Assembly (NCBI RefSeq): GCF_006345805.1
Contig: NC_042997.1
Coordinates: 135,284,001-135,348,000, forward strand
Source of the DNA: Octopus sinensis
Taxonomy: Eukaryota
DNA length: 64,000 bases
Direction: 5' to 3'
Below, one piece after another: positions 12,181 through 25,899 of the stretch (the first letter of the stretch is position 1; each line of letters opens with the position of its first letter). The translations under genes and the position numbers were made by a program. A model generated the notes under the pieces. The model did not search any database, was not told the DNA's origin, and worked only from the letters and a program-made list of their open reading frames with translations.

Positions 12181-13194
12181 AGTATATATTTTGTATTTTG
12201 ATTTTTTGATTTTGATTTTGATTCTTGAGCGCTACGACGGACCTATAGCAAAGTCTTATTGTTTCTACATATATATTAGGAAAAACCTACAAACTTTGTT
12301 TTCATGTTATTGTATTGCATAAGATTACCTTGATTATTTATATTACCTTGATTATTTATAAATGACCCAAAATAGGATGTTATATTTTATTTTATATGTT
12401 TTTCGTATATATTTTTATTAATGCACCCATTTTTTTTTTAAAGCAATGTTTTTTTTTTAAAAAAAGCAATGTTGTCAAATTTAGAATGTTTATATAAGTT
12501 TGTGTATAGCAAAGCATATGTATTTGTAAGCATGCGTATCTGTGTATGTGTAAGTGAAAGTATGCTTGTGCTTAAGCACGCATACACACGACGGTATGTA
12601 TATGTATCAATTCAAACTTGTGTATGTATACTGGCCTCTATAGATGCCAATAATATCGGTACAAGTTTTTTCCCCACCCCTCCTTCGTTCCTTTTTCTCT
12701 CTTTCCCTTTCTTTCGTTCCCCCTCCTTGCTCAGTATATGAGAATTGCTACATAGATGAATTTTAGCTTGCGTGCGAGACGGTTTGCGTGAATATATGTA
12801 CACATGCTTTTATGTGTATAATTTAGATTCATATTCATACGTCTGTATATGTATGTATGGCGTTTACGCGCATCCTTTTGTGTATGTTGATATATATATG
12901 TGGATTTTAATATAAATATGTATTGCAGTATTTATAACAGGTTTAATTTCTATGCATTAATTGTACTGTCTTCATTAACGGCAATAGGTTTTTTCCTCGG
13001 TTTTTTCCTCGGATTTTATAATTTTTATAAGTTTTTTTATATATATATACATATATTTTTGACCTTTTTGTTTATCGCTCGAAGATTGACCGTTTTTTCT
13101 AAAGGGCCAATCAAACAAGTCCATCTCTTTTTAAAGGTGTAGCGTTTGTAAGAGTATAGATTGAATTAATATATATGTTCCATTCTAGCAAAAA

Positions 13195-13232
13195 CTGTCT
13201 GATGAACGGCAACGAGAAACTCAGAGTAACAG
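13195..13232 (+). ncRNA. Type I hammerhead ribozyme motif (right arm)
   Basis: ctgt-CTGATGA-acg gcaa cga-GAAA-ctc a gag-TA-acag. Stem I is ctgt/acag, the cleavage triplet is GUA, stem III is palindromic, and stem II has an A.A mismatch at its base. Confidence 0.7.
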
Positions 13233-13334
13233 ATTTTGTTGAATTTTCTGCTGCTTAAAATAAAGCATATTACTCTACCACTGGTATTTGAGTACTCTTT
13301 TTTCCACCTTGTTTCACATTTATGTGTTTACTCC

Positions 13335-13376
<42 letters not shown>

Positions 13377-14264
13377 TCACTTCTTTAGAAAATCTTCTGA
13401 ATGTCAACTTCCTGTATTGAAATAACAACGGGGCAATTTTCCGTTTTCATTTGCAAAATCTCTCATTCTCTTGATGTTTTTATTTAAAGTTTTAATAACT
13501 TACTGAACGAAATATTTACTAAGCTCACAAATTTAAATATACGGTACAAGAACTTTTATTTATACGATTATTTTTATTTCCTGTTTATTTCACACATTGT
13601 TTGCAATGTCCTCTCTCCACCTCTCCCTCACACATACACACAAGTCAGTCACACTCAGACATATGGATTTTGTGTGTACGTTTGTATACATTTATGTATG
13701 TGTGTGTGTTTGTGTGAGAAAGGGAGAGAAAGAGTGAGTGAGTCAGTCAGTGAAGAAGTGTGTTGTCCTGTATACTACATACATATATACATATGCATAC
13801 GTCTTTTTTGTATGTATGTATGTGTGCCTGTGTGTGTGTGTTTGTTAGAGAGAGTGAGACAGAGAGAGAGTGATATCTAAGTGGCATTCACTCTCTCTCT
13901 CTCTCACACACACGAGCATATACATACAAAAATATGTATGCATGTTTATTTATGTTAGTACGTATACATGTCAACACCCCTTCTCTCTCTCTCTCTCACA
14001 CAGACACACACGTCCATTTCATCTGATATGTAATATTGTGTGTGTGCGCGCGCGCACAAGTGTGTGTGGTAAGTACCACAATAACCATTTATTTTAATCA
14101 GTCTTGTGAACATATTCACGTAACTCATTTTTTCATTTAATCTCCATTTTAATTTTCGAAAAAGTTTCCTAGAACAATGTTCTCGCCCTCTACAAGGGGT
14201 GTCAGGGTAGATGTAGATGATGAGTATTCCACAGTGAAGTAAAGATGAGTACAGGTAGCCAGAG

Positions 14265-15250
14265 CCAAAGGTTGAATTCTGCAATTCTGTTAATTCTATC
14301 AAGTATATTTGCAAATATAAAAACAAACGTGTAGAGACTGCAACATACACTCTTATGCAGAATAGCGGTCAGTAGATAAATAAAAATGACGGAAATTCAC
14401 AGTATGACAGAACAAGATACATCAGTACCAATGAAGCTTTTGGCGCATCTTCAATTTTCTCATTCATGAGAGGCACCTAGCCATCATTCATCTGAATGTC
14501 CATCTAGAGAATGGCCACACGGTTATCTTTACAAAGCAAACAGCTTTGCAACAAGCACTTTCTCCAAGAGACACTACCTTTACTGCCTTTTTTAAAGTTA
14601 TGTCAAGTAGATGAAGATGCACGAAAACTCCATGTCTACAATAACCCAAGTATTACACCTGGAGAAACAAAAAATGGCAAAAAAATGGGGGGGGGGGGCT
14701 GATGCTCTTGCAAGAGTTTACAGGGTCTCCCCAAGCCAAGCAGAATGTTACTGCCTTCAGCTGCTTTTGTATAAAGTACATGGTCCCAAATTATTCCGAG
14801 AGTCGAGGAGGGTAAATGGTCGTGTGTGTGAAATTTATAGGGAAGCATGCCCATCAACAAGGTTATATTTAGAAAATGGGCATTGTGACCTTGCATTAAC
14901 TGAAGCATCAGTATCAGATTCTCCAAGGAAACACCCTAATCTGTTTGCAATTATACTGAACATGTGTCAAATTGGCAGTCCCCTACAGCTTTGGATGAAA
15001 CATCCTGAGGACATGGCTGTGGACTTAAAGTATGCAGTTCCATAGGCAAGCCCAGTTATCAACATTCAGTTCTCTGAAGCAATTTTAAACCAAACACTGA
15101 AATTGAGGATCACGTTTTGGCATGGGAGGTAAAACTTTGCAAGAGTGTGGCTCTGGACTGCCAAAATCAAAGCGTCAAATTAATGATTTAACGTCAAGAG
15201 ACATAGCAAGATAGACAAATTATGACATCACAGACTTGGCTGCATTTGTG
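14265..15250 (+). pseudogene. Helitron Rep/helicase fragment, frameshifted
   Basis: KVEFCNSVNSIKYICKY; RYISTNEA-WRIFNFLIHER...VHLENG; TTFTAFFKLCQVD; RVYRVSPSQAECYCLQLLLYKVHGP...YREAC...LFAIILNMC...PLQLW. Confidence 0.88.
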
Positions 15251-17552
15251 AATGAACATGAACCTGTGCATATGATAAAACTTTTCGCTTTTATTTTTTG
15301 TATTATGAATTCAGAAATAAATTCCAAATTGAAAAATTAATTGAATTTAGAATAATAAATTGAATTTAGAATAACAAATTTCTATACAACATATGTTGCT
15401 TTTTCTTCCAATATATAAGAACAATTTCATATCCGGACAACGCCGGGTACGTCTGCTAGTTTTATATAAAGGAAAGGTAAGAATATGGATAAATTTTAGT
15501 TTTACTTATGTTCTTATTGTTATATTTGTTATCGCTCTTATTTCTTCCGCTTGATAGATTTATTATATATTGCGAGTGTTGTATTATGTTGACGCCATAG
15601 TTGTTGTTTAATATTGTGGAACCCCTATATGTTCGAGCTCAAATATAGTTGTTTATGCTTATGTGATTGTTAATGCCTTTGTTGTTAATCCACAGTTATG
15701 CATTTACCGATAAAACCCTATAATAAATAGGCTCTTGATTATATTTTCTTCTAGAACACATTAATCATTGTAAACTTCCATTTTTCAGTTACTAGAGCAA
15801 ATTAGTTCAAGGCGGTCTATTACTGATACTACCAAATAGAACACTAACATTGAGTCTCCTTCATAATTCGGAGCTGTTTATGCTCTTTCGATTGTGTAAA
15901 TTCTGTCGTTATTCTTTTACTTCGTAGAAGCTCTGATATCATTTGTCTGATCCATTAGACCAAAGATATAAGGTGGTTTCTATTGTATCTATCCTCTCCT
16001 TTTCTAAAGATATGTATCTAAAACCGCATTGCCCGATGCGACTTCAACATTTTTTAGCCGTTGACTACTTGGGTACTCCTAACAGGTCAACCAACCTTGT
16101 CGAGATATCCTAGTTATTTTGATATACGAACTTAAAGTATATTTTAAAGATATATAAATCCTGTACATATGCAAAGACAGCAAAGAATACATAATTTAAA
16201 CTATTAGATCTATCATGCTAACAGTTCTACAAGTTGTTCAAGAAAATCAATTTAGAATACAGAATATTCACATCCAAGCCTATCACATTTCAAAGCTGTA
16301 TTTATTTAGCTCGTTATCCAACAAGACAAAACATTGTAACATGTAAAAAAAAGACCCATTATCGGAAATAGTTAAGTAAGAATAATATAAGTTACAATCT
16401 TGTTACAGATGGCTACAATGCAAATATAAAATGAAGAAACATTTTCTAATACGTGACAACAGATTATTGGAAGTAGTCAAGGAAGGCTACTTAAAGGATT
16501 AAGTGCCAGCACCAAGAAAACAAATCTAGTTAGTTATTATTTAAACAACTGATTAAAGCTATACGTTGTTTAAAAGGTGTCTTCTCCCTGTCAGTTGTAT
16601 TTCACACCGGAAATTTCTGTTTAAAAGATTTACCGACCAGTGAAATAGATATTTCATAGGTTTGGAATCATGAACTTTCAGATTATTATATTGATAAATA
16701 ATTGATCATATTTCTTGGCAAGTGTCGACCAGGTACAACTTGGGTCAACCTATAAGCTACTTCTTCCTTAATTTCTTCTCAGAAAAAAAAAAAGAATGAA
16801 CTTTTTTCTGGTAAATGTTAATTATAAACCTTAATATTTTCATTGACGGGAAAGCATTAAAAGATAACACTAGAATTTCTAATTTTAACATTATACATAT
16901 TCATACATATCAAATTTCGTATTTCGTATCCTTTCATTTAAGTTTTTCATTTTTATTAAAATGAAAACATAATGTGCTTTTTGTATGCTTTTTTCTTTTT
17001 TACTGAAGAGATAAATGATGACCAGCACTGTATTTTCATTGAAATCCATGTTAGATACAGTATTATCGAAAACTTTTTTACCTAATGAAACATATAATTT
17101 ATTCACTTATTACAGAAGTGAACAGCAACTGGTTTAGGTATTATTATAGAACTAGAACTCAGAATACGACTAGAACTAAGCAATGGATGTTTAAGCATCT
17201 CTGACGGTAAATATAACAAAAGCTTATAACTTGACAGTAAATAATTTGTAAGGACGTTAACAGCAAATACATTACAAGCTGTCGATCAATAGAACCCAAA
17301 TAACAAGAGAATTAATTATTTGGCCTTGTAAATTTTCGGAGAAATCCCACAGTTTCTATGTGTATTGCCACTGTTCACTGAAAAACCTCTTTGCTACAAA
17401 TGCGTTTGTTTTTATTACACAGCTCTTAATAGCAACAGATTTAAGGTAATACTTAGTCATTATATAAACTCGCAATTGTTAACTGCTTACACGTTCTCAA
17501 CAGTTAAATTAGTTTATTGTCCTTTATATATAACTTGCTTGAAAGTTATATA

Positions 17553-19162
17553 TAGTGGGGGGAAATTAATATTCGTGCATGTCCAAATTCTTTATTTATT
17601 TAATTTCTAATGAACATAAATGGGATATACCAATACTATATTTGCATACACATGCAAAAACTAAGAATATGCAAAAGAAACTAATAAATTGTAGTAACTA
17701 AGGAATTTATATACAATTATAAATATTTAGGGGTGAAAAAGTATTCGTACAGAACATAAATAACTGATAATTCTGATTTAATACTTCGTATCAAAACCAA
17801 TATTCAGTTCCACTTCAACCAATCTCTTCTTGTAGTCCTTAATCAATGACTGCATCTTTCTTTAGAAATTTTTTCCCATTCTTCTTGACAAATATTCTTC
17901 AAATCTGCCATGCACTTTGGGGCTCTTGAATGAATTTTAATTTTCAAATAACGCCACAAATTTTCAATGGAGTTCAAGTCAGGTGACCGGCTTGGCCATT
18001 CTAATAATTTTATATTGTGATCGACAATCCATTTTTTGGTAGACTTCGCCGTGTGCTTAGGGTTGTTATCCTGTTGTAAAACCCACCCTTCTCAGAGCTA
18101 GAGCTTTTCAACAGAGTTCCATAAATTATTGTTCAAAATATTTTGGTACATCTCTGCATTCATTCTACCATCTATCACATGTAAATTGCCAGTACCATTG
18201 CAGAGAAACCCCACCCACCATGATGTTGCCACATCTAAACTTTACGGTAGGAATTGTGCTTTTCGGCGAATAGGCGGTACCATCTTTCCTCCAAACATGG
18301 CTACGCGAATTTTTTCCAAACAATTCAATTTTCGACTCGTCTTTCCATAGAATATTTTCCCAGAATGTATCTGATTTATCTTTATGTTCGTAAACAAATT
18401 TTAAACGGGCATCTCCATGCCTTTTATTCAACAGCGGAGTTTTTCTAGGAGAGAGTGACTTCAGTTCATTTCTATGAAGTTCATTGCTGATTGTTTGTAG
18501 TGTAACACTAGTCCCTGAAGCTAACAAATCTTCTTTCAACTCCTTTCTGGTGATCATTGCGTTTTTTTCGATTCTTTGCTTCATTTTTCTTAAATATCTA
18601 GGGGAAATCTTGCATGGTGCACCGGATCTTATTCTCTTTTCAACAGTTCCCGATTTTTTTTATATCTTTGAATAAGTGAAGATATGGTAGAAAATGGAAT
18701 ACAAAGGATTTCTGATATTTTCCTGTAACTTTGACCTGCTTTCTACTGTTCAATAATTAAAGTTTTTCACTGAATTTGTGAGTTCTTTACTTTTCGCCAT
18801 TATTACGATAGTACTTTATGTTGTTTCAGTGCTGAATGGAGAAGCTCGCGTTTTGCCACTTAAAATGACAACTGATAAGATTATTAGAACAAACGAGAAA
18901 GTTCTAGTAAAAAAATATATTTTAACACTATTTTGTGACATAGAAAATCATAAATTTATTCCTTACGAATACTTTTTTCACCCCTAAATATTTATAATTG
19001 TATATAAATTCCTTAGTTACTATATTTTATTAGTATCTTTTGCATATTCTTAGTTTATGCATGTATATGCAAATATAGTATTGGTATATCCCATTTATGC
19101 TCATTAGATATTAAATAAATAAAGAATTTTTGACATGCACGAATATTTATTTCCCCCCACTG
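17553..19162 (-). mobile_element. Tc1-like transposon (DD34E-type) with about 200-bp IR-DR ends, 1610 bp, TA-flanked, decayed
   Basis: TIRs (t/c)agtggggggaaat... at 17553-~17755 and ~18957-19162. Transposase pieces: MAKSKEL, ITRKELK, SPRKTPLL, WKDESKIELFG, QDNNPKH, SPDLNSIENLW. Confidence 0.93.
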
Positions 19163-19739
19163 TATAACTGAATGTTGAGGCAAAATAACTGAGTGTTGTT
19201 TAGACTATTAAATTACAAGTAGCACGAATTAAAATTTTTACCGAACTATCGGAAATCATATATAAAAAGAAGTATGGCATTTTTTAAACACCATAATGGA
19301 GAAAGCTGCTTATTCATTAGGTATATAACAATTACTAAAGGCACTAAAAGGAAGCAATTATTGAAGGACTGACCGACTGTAAATACTTTCATAAATTAAT
19401 GTTCTAAGAAATTACCTATAATTTCGATTTGACAAGTTTACTGAATTTTTTATCCATTTTCTCGCAAATTTAAATATTCATTGCATTCACTGCGGAGTAT
19501 TCCATTTTCATTTGCAAAGTCTCTCATTTTCTCTTTTAATGTTTTCATTTCAAGTTTTAATTCGCTATTTGAAAAACCGATAGTTTATTCTGTTAATGTA
19601 TACGTAATGTAAAAACATTATTTATTGAAAATTTTTTAAGATACCCGTATAAATTTTGTGAAACAAAATTTAAAGTGTTTTTGTTGTTATGGCTGTTTGG
19701 AACGCTATAAGGCTTGCAATAATAACTATCCAGTCCGAT

Positions 19740-20790
19740 TTTGGTCATTTTCATTTTTAACTTAAAAACCACGGGAGGAGTGTTTTCGTAAGAAAAATAA
19801 ACAAATTATAAATATTTTCAGAGGAACAATTCAAGGGAAATTTTGCTGTTGATTCTAGCACAACCCAAACCACCACCACCACCACCCCTTTTCACACTCA
19901 CATGTATTGATAATTTTTTAATATTTTTCTCCCATTAAAGACATTTTATGGAATGATGATGCCGAAGTAACACACGCGTGGTCCATTAGTGGAAGAAAAC
20001 AAAACGAAATAAATTGTAACCTAAATTTTTACCCCCACCTAAATGAAGTGAAGCCGTGTTTGTGTGTGTAAGAAAAAAAAAATTAACTGAAAAGTGTGCT
20101 TTTAAAATGAATTATCCTTTACATCACTCTTTTTTTTTTTTCAACAGCAATTGCAGCATTGAAATGTTTGTAAGCCATTCAAGAACACACAAAAACGGTT
20201 AGTTTCACTTCAACATTTAAATTTTGTGCTGCATCACTTTTGTGAAGTTTTGTCAGTGAATAGGTCGCAGTTACAAAGCAACGAAAATATTTTGACTCAA
20301 ATGAAATTTAAATGTTGAAGGGAAACTAACTGTTTTGTATGTTCTGGAATGGCTTACAAACATCTTCCACGCTGCAATTGTTTTTGTTTCAGCGCATGAT
20401 CTTGCAATGCAAGTACATCTCCCTATTTTTTTTTTAAATAACTATTGATAAATGCCAGCAATGACCTTCTGAGGCTATCCAACATTTTAATTTCTAAACA
20501 GAAACAATCGGCGGCAGGGAGTGGGGTTGCAAAATGATCATAATTTCTCAAATTTTCTTTTTTATAGCATATAAATGTATTTATGGGGGGAAATATTGAA
20601 AAACATCAATAGATGCGAGATTGAGGAAGAAATGAGGAGGGTCGTCTTTGGATGTGCTAGAAACAACAGCCAAACCCCTCCTTAAATCACTCACGTTTCC
20701 CTCTGAAAATATTAACAATTTTTTTAACGAAAATGCTCTTCCCATGGTTTTGAAGTGGAAAAAATAAAGAAACTGGCCAAAATAGGTCGG
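19740..20790. repeat. Degenerate fold-back / MITE-like element centred near 20262
   Basis: 19740-19925 pairs with 20580-20790 in inverted orientation. An inner ~75-bp inverted repeat (20150-20225 / 20300-20375) has the same centre. Confidence 0.65.
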
Positions 20791-21176
20791 GAGTGGGATG
20801 ATGAGGTGGGGGTTGTAAAAGAAAAAAAATTTCAAAACTTTTTCATACAACGATGCACCCCCACCCCAACACCATCATTTCGAAGGCTGTAGTTTAAAAA
20901 ATATAGGGATGATCCCCGAAAAACTTTTCCCCACAAATTTCTTTATAATCTATGCCGCTTGAAAGGAATTTGTATACATTTTCATTAAAAGATACCCGTT
21001 TTCCTGAAAGTTATGACTGAAAAAAGTTAGATCCTGTGAATTTTCCAAAGCTCCTCTCACCATCACCTCGAAAAATTCCTTCTCATGAATCACTTCATAC
21101 TCTAAAGCCACATCTAAGCGGTATTAGCAGAAAATTTTGTTAAAAATGTATCCCTTTTCTGGAGGTTATGAGGCAA

Positions 21177-21560
21177 CTAGCAGTATCGCCCGGCGTTGCT
21201 CAGGTTTGTAAGGGAAATAACTATAAAGCATTTTTAGAGAGTTATAGCCAAAAAATAGCAAAAAAATGGAAAAAAATGATGGTAAATTTTTTTTTTAGTT
21301 AAAAAAGGTGGAGTTGCGTCCCCTAGACAGTTTGCGGTTTGTGTTTCTGATTCTCGACCCCATGTCGAATTTATCGGGTTTTTTTCAGAACTGGGGGAAC
21401 TTTTCAAAATTTTCGCTGCGTTAGTTTTGAATTATGACATTGGGCTATGTGTGTGTCAAGTTTCATCAGAATCGGTTGAAAGCCCTGGTCAGGGTGAGGG
21501 TACAAGCAAACAGACACACAGAAACACGCACAGACAAACTGCCGTTTATATAGAGAGAGA
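21177..21560 (-). mobile_element. Non-autonomous Helitron (384 bp)
   Basis: Plus strand begins a|ctagcagtatcgcccggcgttgctcagg (3' CTAG plus hairpin) and ends ...tttatatagagagaga|t (5' TC), with acagacac microsatellite-like sequence near the 5' end. Confidence 0.8.
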
Positions 21561-21745
21561 TAAAGTTAGGGGCGTATACATCAGTAGTAATGCAAACATC
21601 TTCCACGCTGCGACTGTTTTTGTTTCAGCACATGATCTTAGATCATGTCACTTGCTATGCAAGTACATCTCCGTAATTTTTTAAAAATCACTGTGGATAA
21701 ATGCCAGCAATGATTTTTTTTATTTCATTCATTGTTTGCAATGTG

Positions 21746-21956
<211 letters not shown>

Positions 21957-22699
21957 GCATTGCAGAGCTTACAGATGAGCTGCTGAATTGTAATCTCTAT
22001 GTTGCTTTGAGGGGAAGGTAAAACTTGATAAATTGCCTCTCCCTCTGTTGTTGGGCTACAGCGATGTTTGTTTAAACGAGAGGAAGGTTATGACTGATAA
22101 AATAATGAAAGCAATATTTACTAAGCAAGGGAGCACTATTATACAAAGAAATAATTAAATGTGAAATATAGGGCGGTTTTTCTCCTAGTTTTTTTTAATG
22201 TTTGGAGTAACTACCAATATTGTAAGGTAGTCGCGTAGACTACTGTACCATAGAGGGTATTTATATGAAGCTCTTTTGAAAGGGAAGTAAATTAGAACCA
22301 TTGTATAAAATGGAATGAATTAGCACCACAACACGATTCTAACCAGTCCTCACAGAGCCTACATTTAATCGAAAAGATGTTTCCCTTACGCCGGTACTTT
22401 ATGATAATGTTTTGTATGAATTTATAGAATAGAGTAATTACTGATCACACATACCTTGCATGATATAATTACAGTACAATCTTCTAAACCATAATAATCT
22501 CACAGTTATATCTACGCCATCCAACAAAGACATTACTACCATTTTTTCACAAATTAGCAATTTCAATATTTACTTGAAACATTTACTCATTTGCATTTTT
22601 TTCACATTTCTGTGGTCAAATTTCATCAAAATTATCAAATGTAAATGAGATATCTTTTTATGTTTTATGTTTATACCGCAAGATTAAATGAGACTGGAC

Positions 22700-23295
22700 T
22701 ACCTTTACTATGTGCCATTTCATACTACCAACACCATACATTCAGTCCTACCTGTACTATATAGCCTCTCTTACCACACAATATCAACTGCCCTATCCCT
22801 ACTATGTAATATGTTCTACAAGTACTATATATATAGTGTAGCCAGTACTATATAATCAGTTTTACCAATACTATAAATTGTATTCTGCCAGTAGTATATA
22901 GGTTGTCGTACCAGTTTTGTGTAGTTTGTACTGTTTGTGCTGTATAGCCTGTGTATTTCAAATGCTATAGAATTTGATCAATACTATAATGGGTACGGCG
23001 AGTTCCGTGCAATCTGTTCAACCAGTACTGTATAGGTTTTGTTTCATCAATACTATTTAGTCTGTACAGAGAGTATTATATATTCTCTCCTGCCAGTGCT
23101 ATATAATCAATTCGACTAGAACTGTATGGTCTGCCCAATTGATACACACTACCAGTACTATATAATCTGTCCTACAAGCACAATATTGTGTACCCTACCA
23201 GTACTGTGTAGTATGTATGCTCAGATTTATATAGAATTCACGCCCATGTATCGTAATATCCTACAGTGCATAGTAGTGCCAGTACTATGTATTTT
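22700..23295. repeat. Degenerate minisatellite (unit about ctaccagtactatataatctgt)
   Basis: The motif cagtactat/cagtactgt and its variants recur many times. Confidence 0.6.
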
Positions 23296-24037
23296 AATTA
23301 AAACTAAAGCCTAAGTAAAGTGAAATGCCGCTGTATTCATTCTAAACAAAACGAAAATGGCGTTAGTTATGCAAATGACACCATTGCAACTGACAGGAAA
23401 CAAAATCTAATCACCAGGAAGAAACGTTGCAATATCGATCACGATCAAGTGCCAAGAAATATTACCATGATATCTTCAATTTGAAATTAATATTCCTTGT
23501 AAATTTGTCTCTAAACACCCTATTAGTTGATGGTACATAGAGTGTTCAGCATCCAATGAAAACATTAAGTTAATGACTCTATAACACAATTATTGGATGA
23601 ATTATGTGGCTGTGTTTTATCTGTATGAGACAGTGAATTACTTGGATTAAATCTTATGAAGGGAATGAAATAAAATATAACTACAATACTTAAGGGATGT
23701 TGGAAATAAAATGCAGATTAAATGCTTTCAACATGAATTTCAAGGACGAATATGATACATAAAAATCATATTTGTCGCCAACTTTTACAGACGATTACGG
23801 AGGGTTAATTACAATTGTGTTGTCATAAACATTACATTAATACTTCTGTAATAAAAATCAATGAATAAAGTTAATAATAGAACTCCGAACTACAGGCAAT
23901 TACGACAATATATAGTGCAAGAAATATAATCAGATCGTTCTGTTGTCAAGACCATATTTTCTTCACTTCTATCGAAGAAAATAATAAATTCATTGGATTC
24001 ATTGGAAACTCTATAATAGACTGCATTGCACGGCATA

Positions 24038-24042
24038 CTACC

Positions 24043-24121
<79 letters not shown>

Positions 24122-24216
24122 TTACTACTACTACAACTACTACAGCTGCTGCTGCTGCCGCTGCTACCACTACTACTACTACTATTACTACTACTATTAC
24201 TACCACCACCACCACC

Positions 24217-24247
<31 letters not shown>

Positions 24248-24248
24248 T
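24038..24248. repeat. (CTA)n/(CCA)n/(CTG)n trinucleotide repeat
   Basis: Directly visible; source of the poly-S/L/V ORFs. Confidence 0.95.
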
Positions 24249-24498
24249 TAGACTCTATGGCAGTGCATAACAAAAATTTTTAAATAAAAACTATATTATC
24301 ACGAGGATTATAAAACTCAGATATTCCATATCTATTTAATAAATTATACTTTTTATCACTTTTCTGACAACAGAGTAGTAATAATATATACAACCATACA
24401 TACATACATATAAATTCTATAGGTATATATATGTATATATATATTTATATATATATATATAAATATATATATATATAATATATATATATAATACATAT

Positions 24499-24552
<54 letters not shown>

Positions 24553-25442
24553 GTGTGAGTGTTTGTGTGTATATGCTTGTTTGTATGTAAGTATATATAT
24601 TGCGTTTTCGTTTTGTTTTTATCGTATAATTATCATTCAGAATATTTTATAAAATTATCAGTATTATTATCATTGTATTTGTTGTTATAGCTGCTGTTGT
24701 TGTTGTTTTTGTTACTTCTGTTGTTGTTGTTGTTATTTCAATGGTTTTTGAATGACTTTCCATTTTTTTCTTTTTTCTTTTTACATTCGCATCTGCGTTG
24801 TATTCTGTGATTTGTCGTAATGGCGGTGGAGTTGTTCTTTTTTTCTTTTTTTCGTGCTAAACTGCTAATGAAAATGTCTCTTAAAATCTGAGCAGCAATA
24901 ATGTCTTCATACTACCATTAGCTAAATACAACATTTTATTTATTTATTTATTTATCTATTTATTTATTTACTTGCTTGTTTAATTTATTTATTTGACTGT
25001 TAATTTGCTTTTCTTTCCACTACTATCATAGCTTACAATTGTATATTTCTTTTTATAAAGCACTATACATAGAGACACAGATCTCTACAAACACATACAT
25101 CTTGCATGCAGAAATGCATGTAAGATGTGGAAGACATTTCTTTTGCCCCAGAAAAATCAATAATTGCTCTGTGCGTGCGCTTGTGTGGATATGTATGTGC
25201 GTGCCTGCGTGTTCGTGTGCGCTCACGTTAGTATTTTGTGTATGAGTGTTTGTATGTGTGTGGGTGTATCGTTGAGGTAGTGAGATATATAAAATGATAC
25301 GCACACGCAGACACAAAAAGAGACATACGCACGTTTGCACATAAACACACGAAGACAAATTTGCATTTGCACGTGCCAATATGCACGTGTCTGTAAGTGT
25401 GTGCGTCTGTACGTATGCCTACATAATTATATATCTCTTTAG

Positions 25443-25481
<39 letters not shown>

Positions 25482-25899
25482 CTACTTGATATTGGCAGAA
25501 CGTTTCGAAGAGTAGCCGTTCAAGTAAAACTTATAGTGCCATTAAACTTAGGATATTCATGGACGATTTGGCAAACGCATCAATCCAGAAACTTGACTGA
25601 ACGAGGTCTGTCAAAGCTCAAGATAATTTCATGGAGCTCGTATCATGTTTCAAGCAGAAAAAAACATGAGTGTGACTCCTTAGAAAAGTTAAGGTAGTGG
25701 GAAAGTGATTACAGCTAAATGGGAGGAAAAAAACATGTCAGATGCAAGAATTCAGGCGCAAGTAAGCGATTGATGTCATTTTGGATTACTGCATGAAACA
25801 AAACAGCAACAAACTTACAATTAGCAATTACTTATAATTACGTTTTCTCTATTAATAAAAAAATCTTCAAATCAAACTGAATAATGACATATATATATA

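Larger units (their letters stand above)
10087..13340. mobile_element. Penelope-like element with inverted 5' duplication (about 1.4-kb near-identical arms, tail-out)
   Basis: About 10087-11493 is the reverse complement of about 11851-13270, with only scattered differences. The ORF track shows the mirror pairs 10555/12612, 10617/12469 and 11154/11503. (TA)n flanks both sides. Confidence 0.92.
9898..15459 (+). mobile_element. Probable internally deleted Helitron, interrupted by the PLE palindrome
   Basis: The 5' end A|TCTTATATAAA at 9898 is followed by Helitron-type tgtctgtg...aaaacggctg sequence. The 3' end has the hairpin ccggacaacgccgg and then CTAG|T at 15456-15460. A RepHel fragment lies inside. 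That both ends belong to one element is inferred. Confidence 0.55.

Noticed and set aside
13955-14350. 131-aa minus-strand ORF as a gene
   Set aside because: It is antisense to the Helitron Rep remnant and runs into a microsatellite.
15960-16050. RIGQCGFR (minus strand) as an RT remnant
   Set aside because: A single short motif with no flanking RT motifs.
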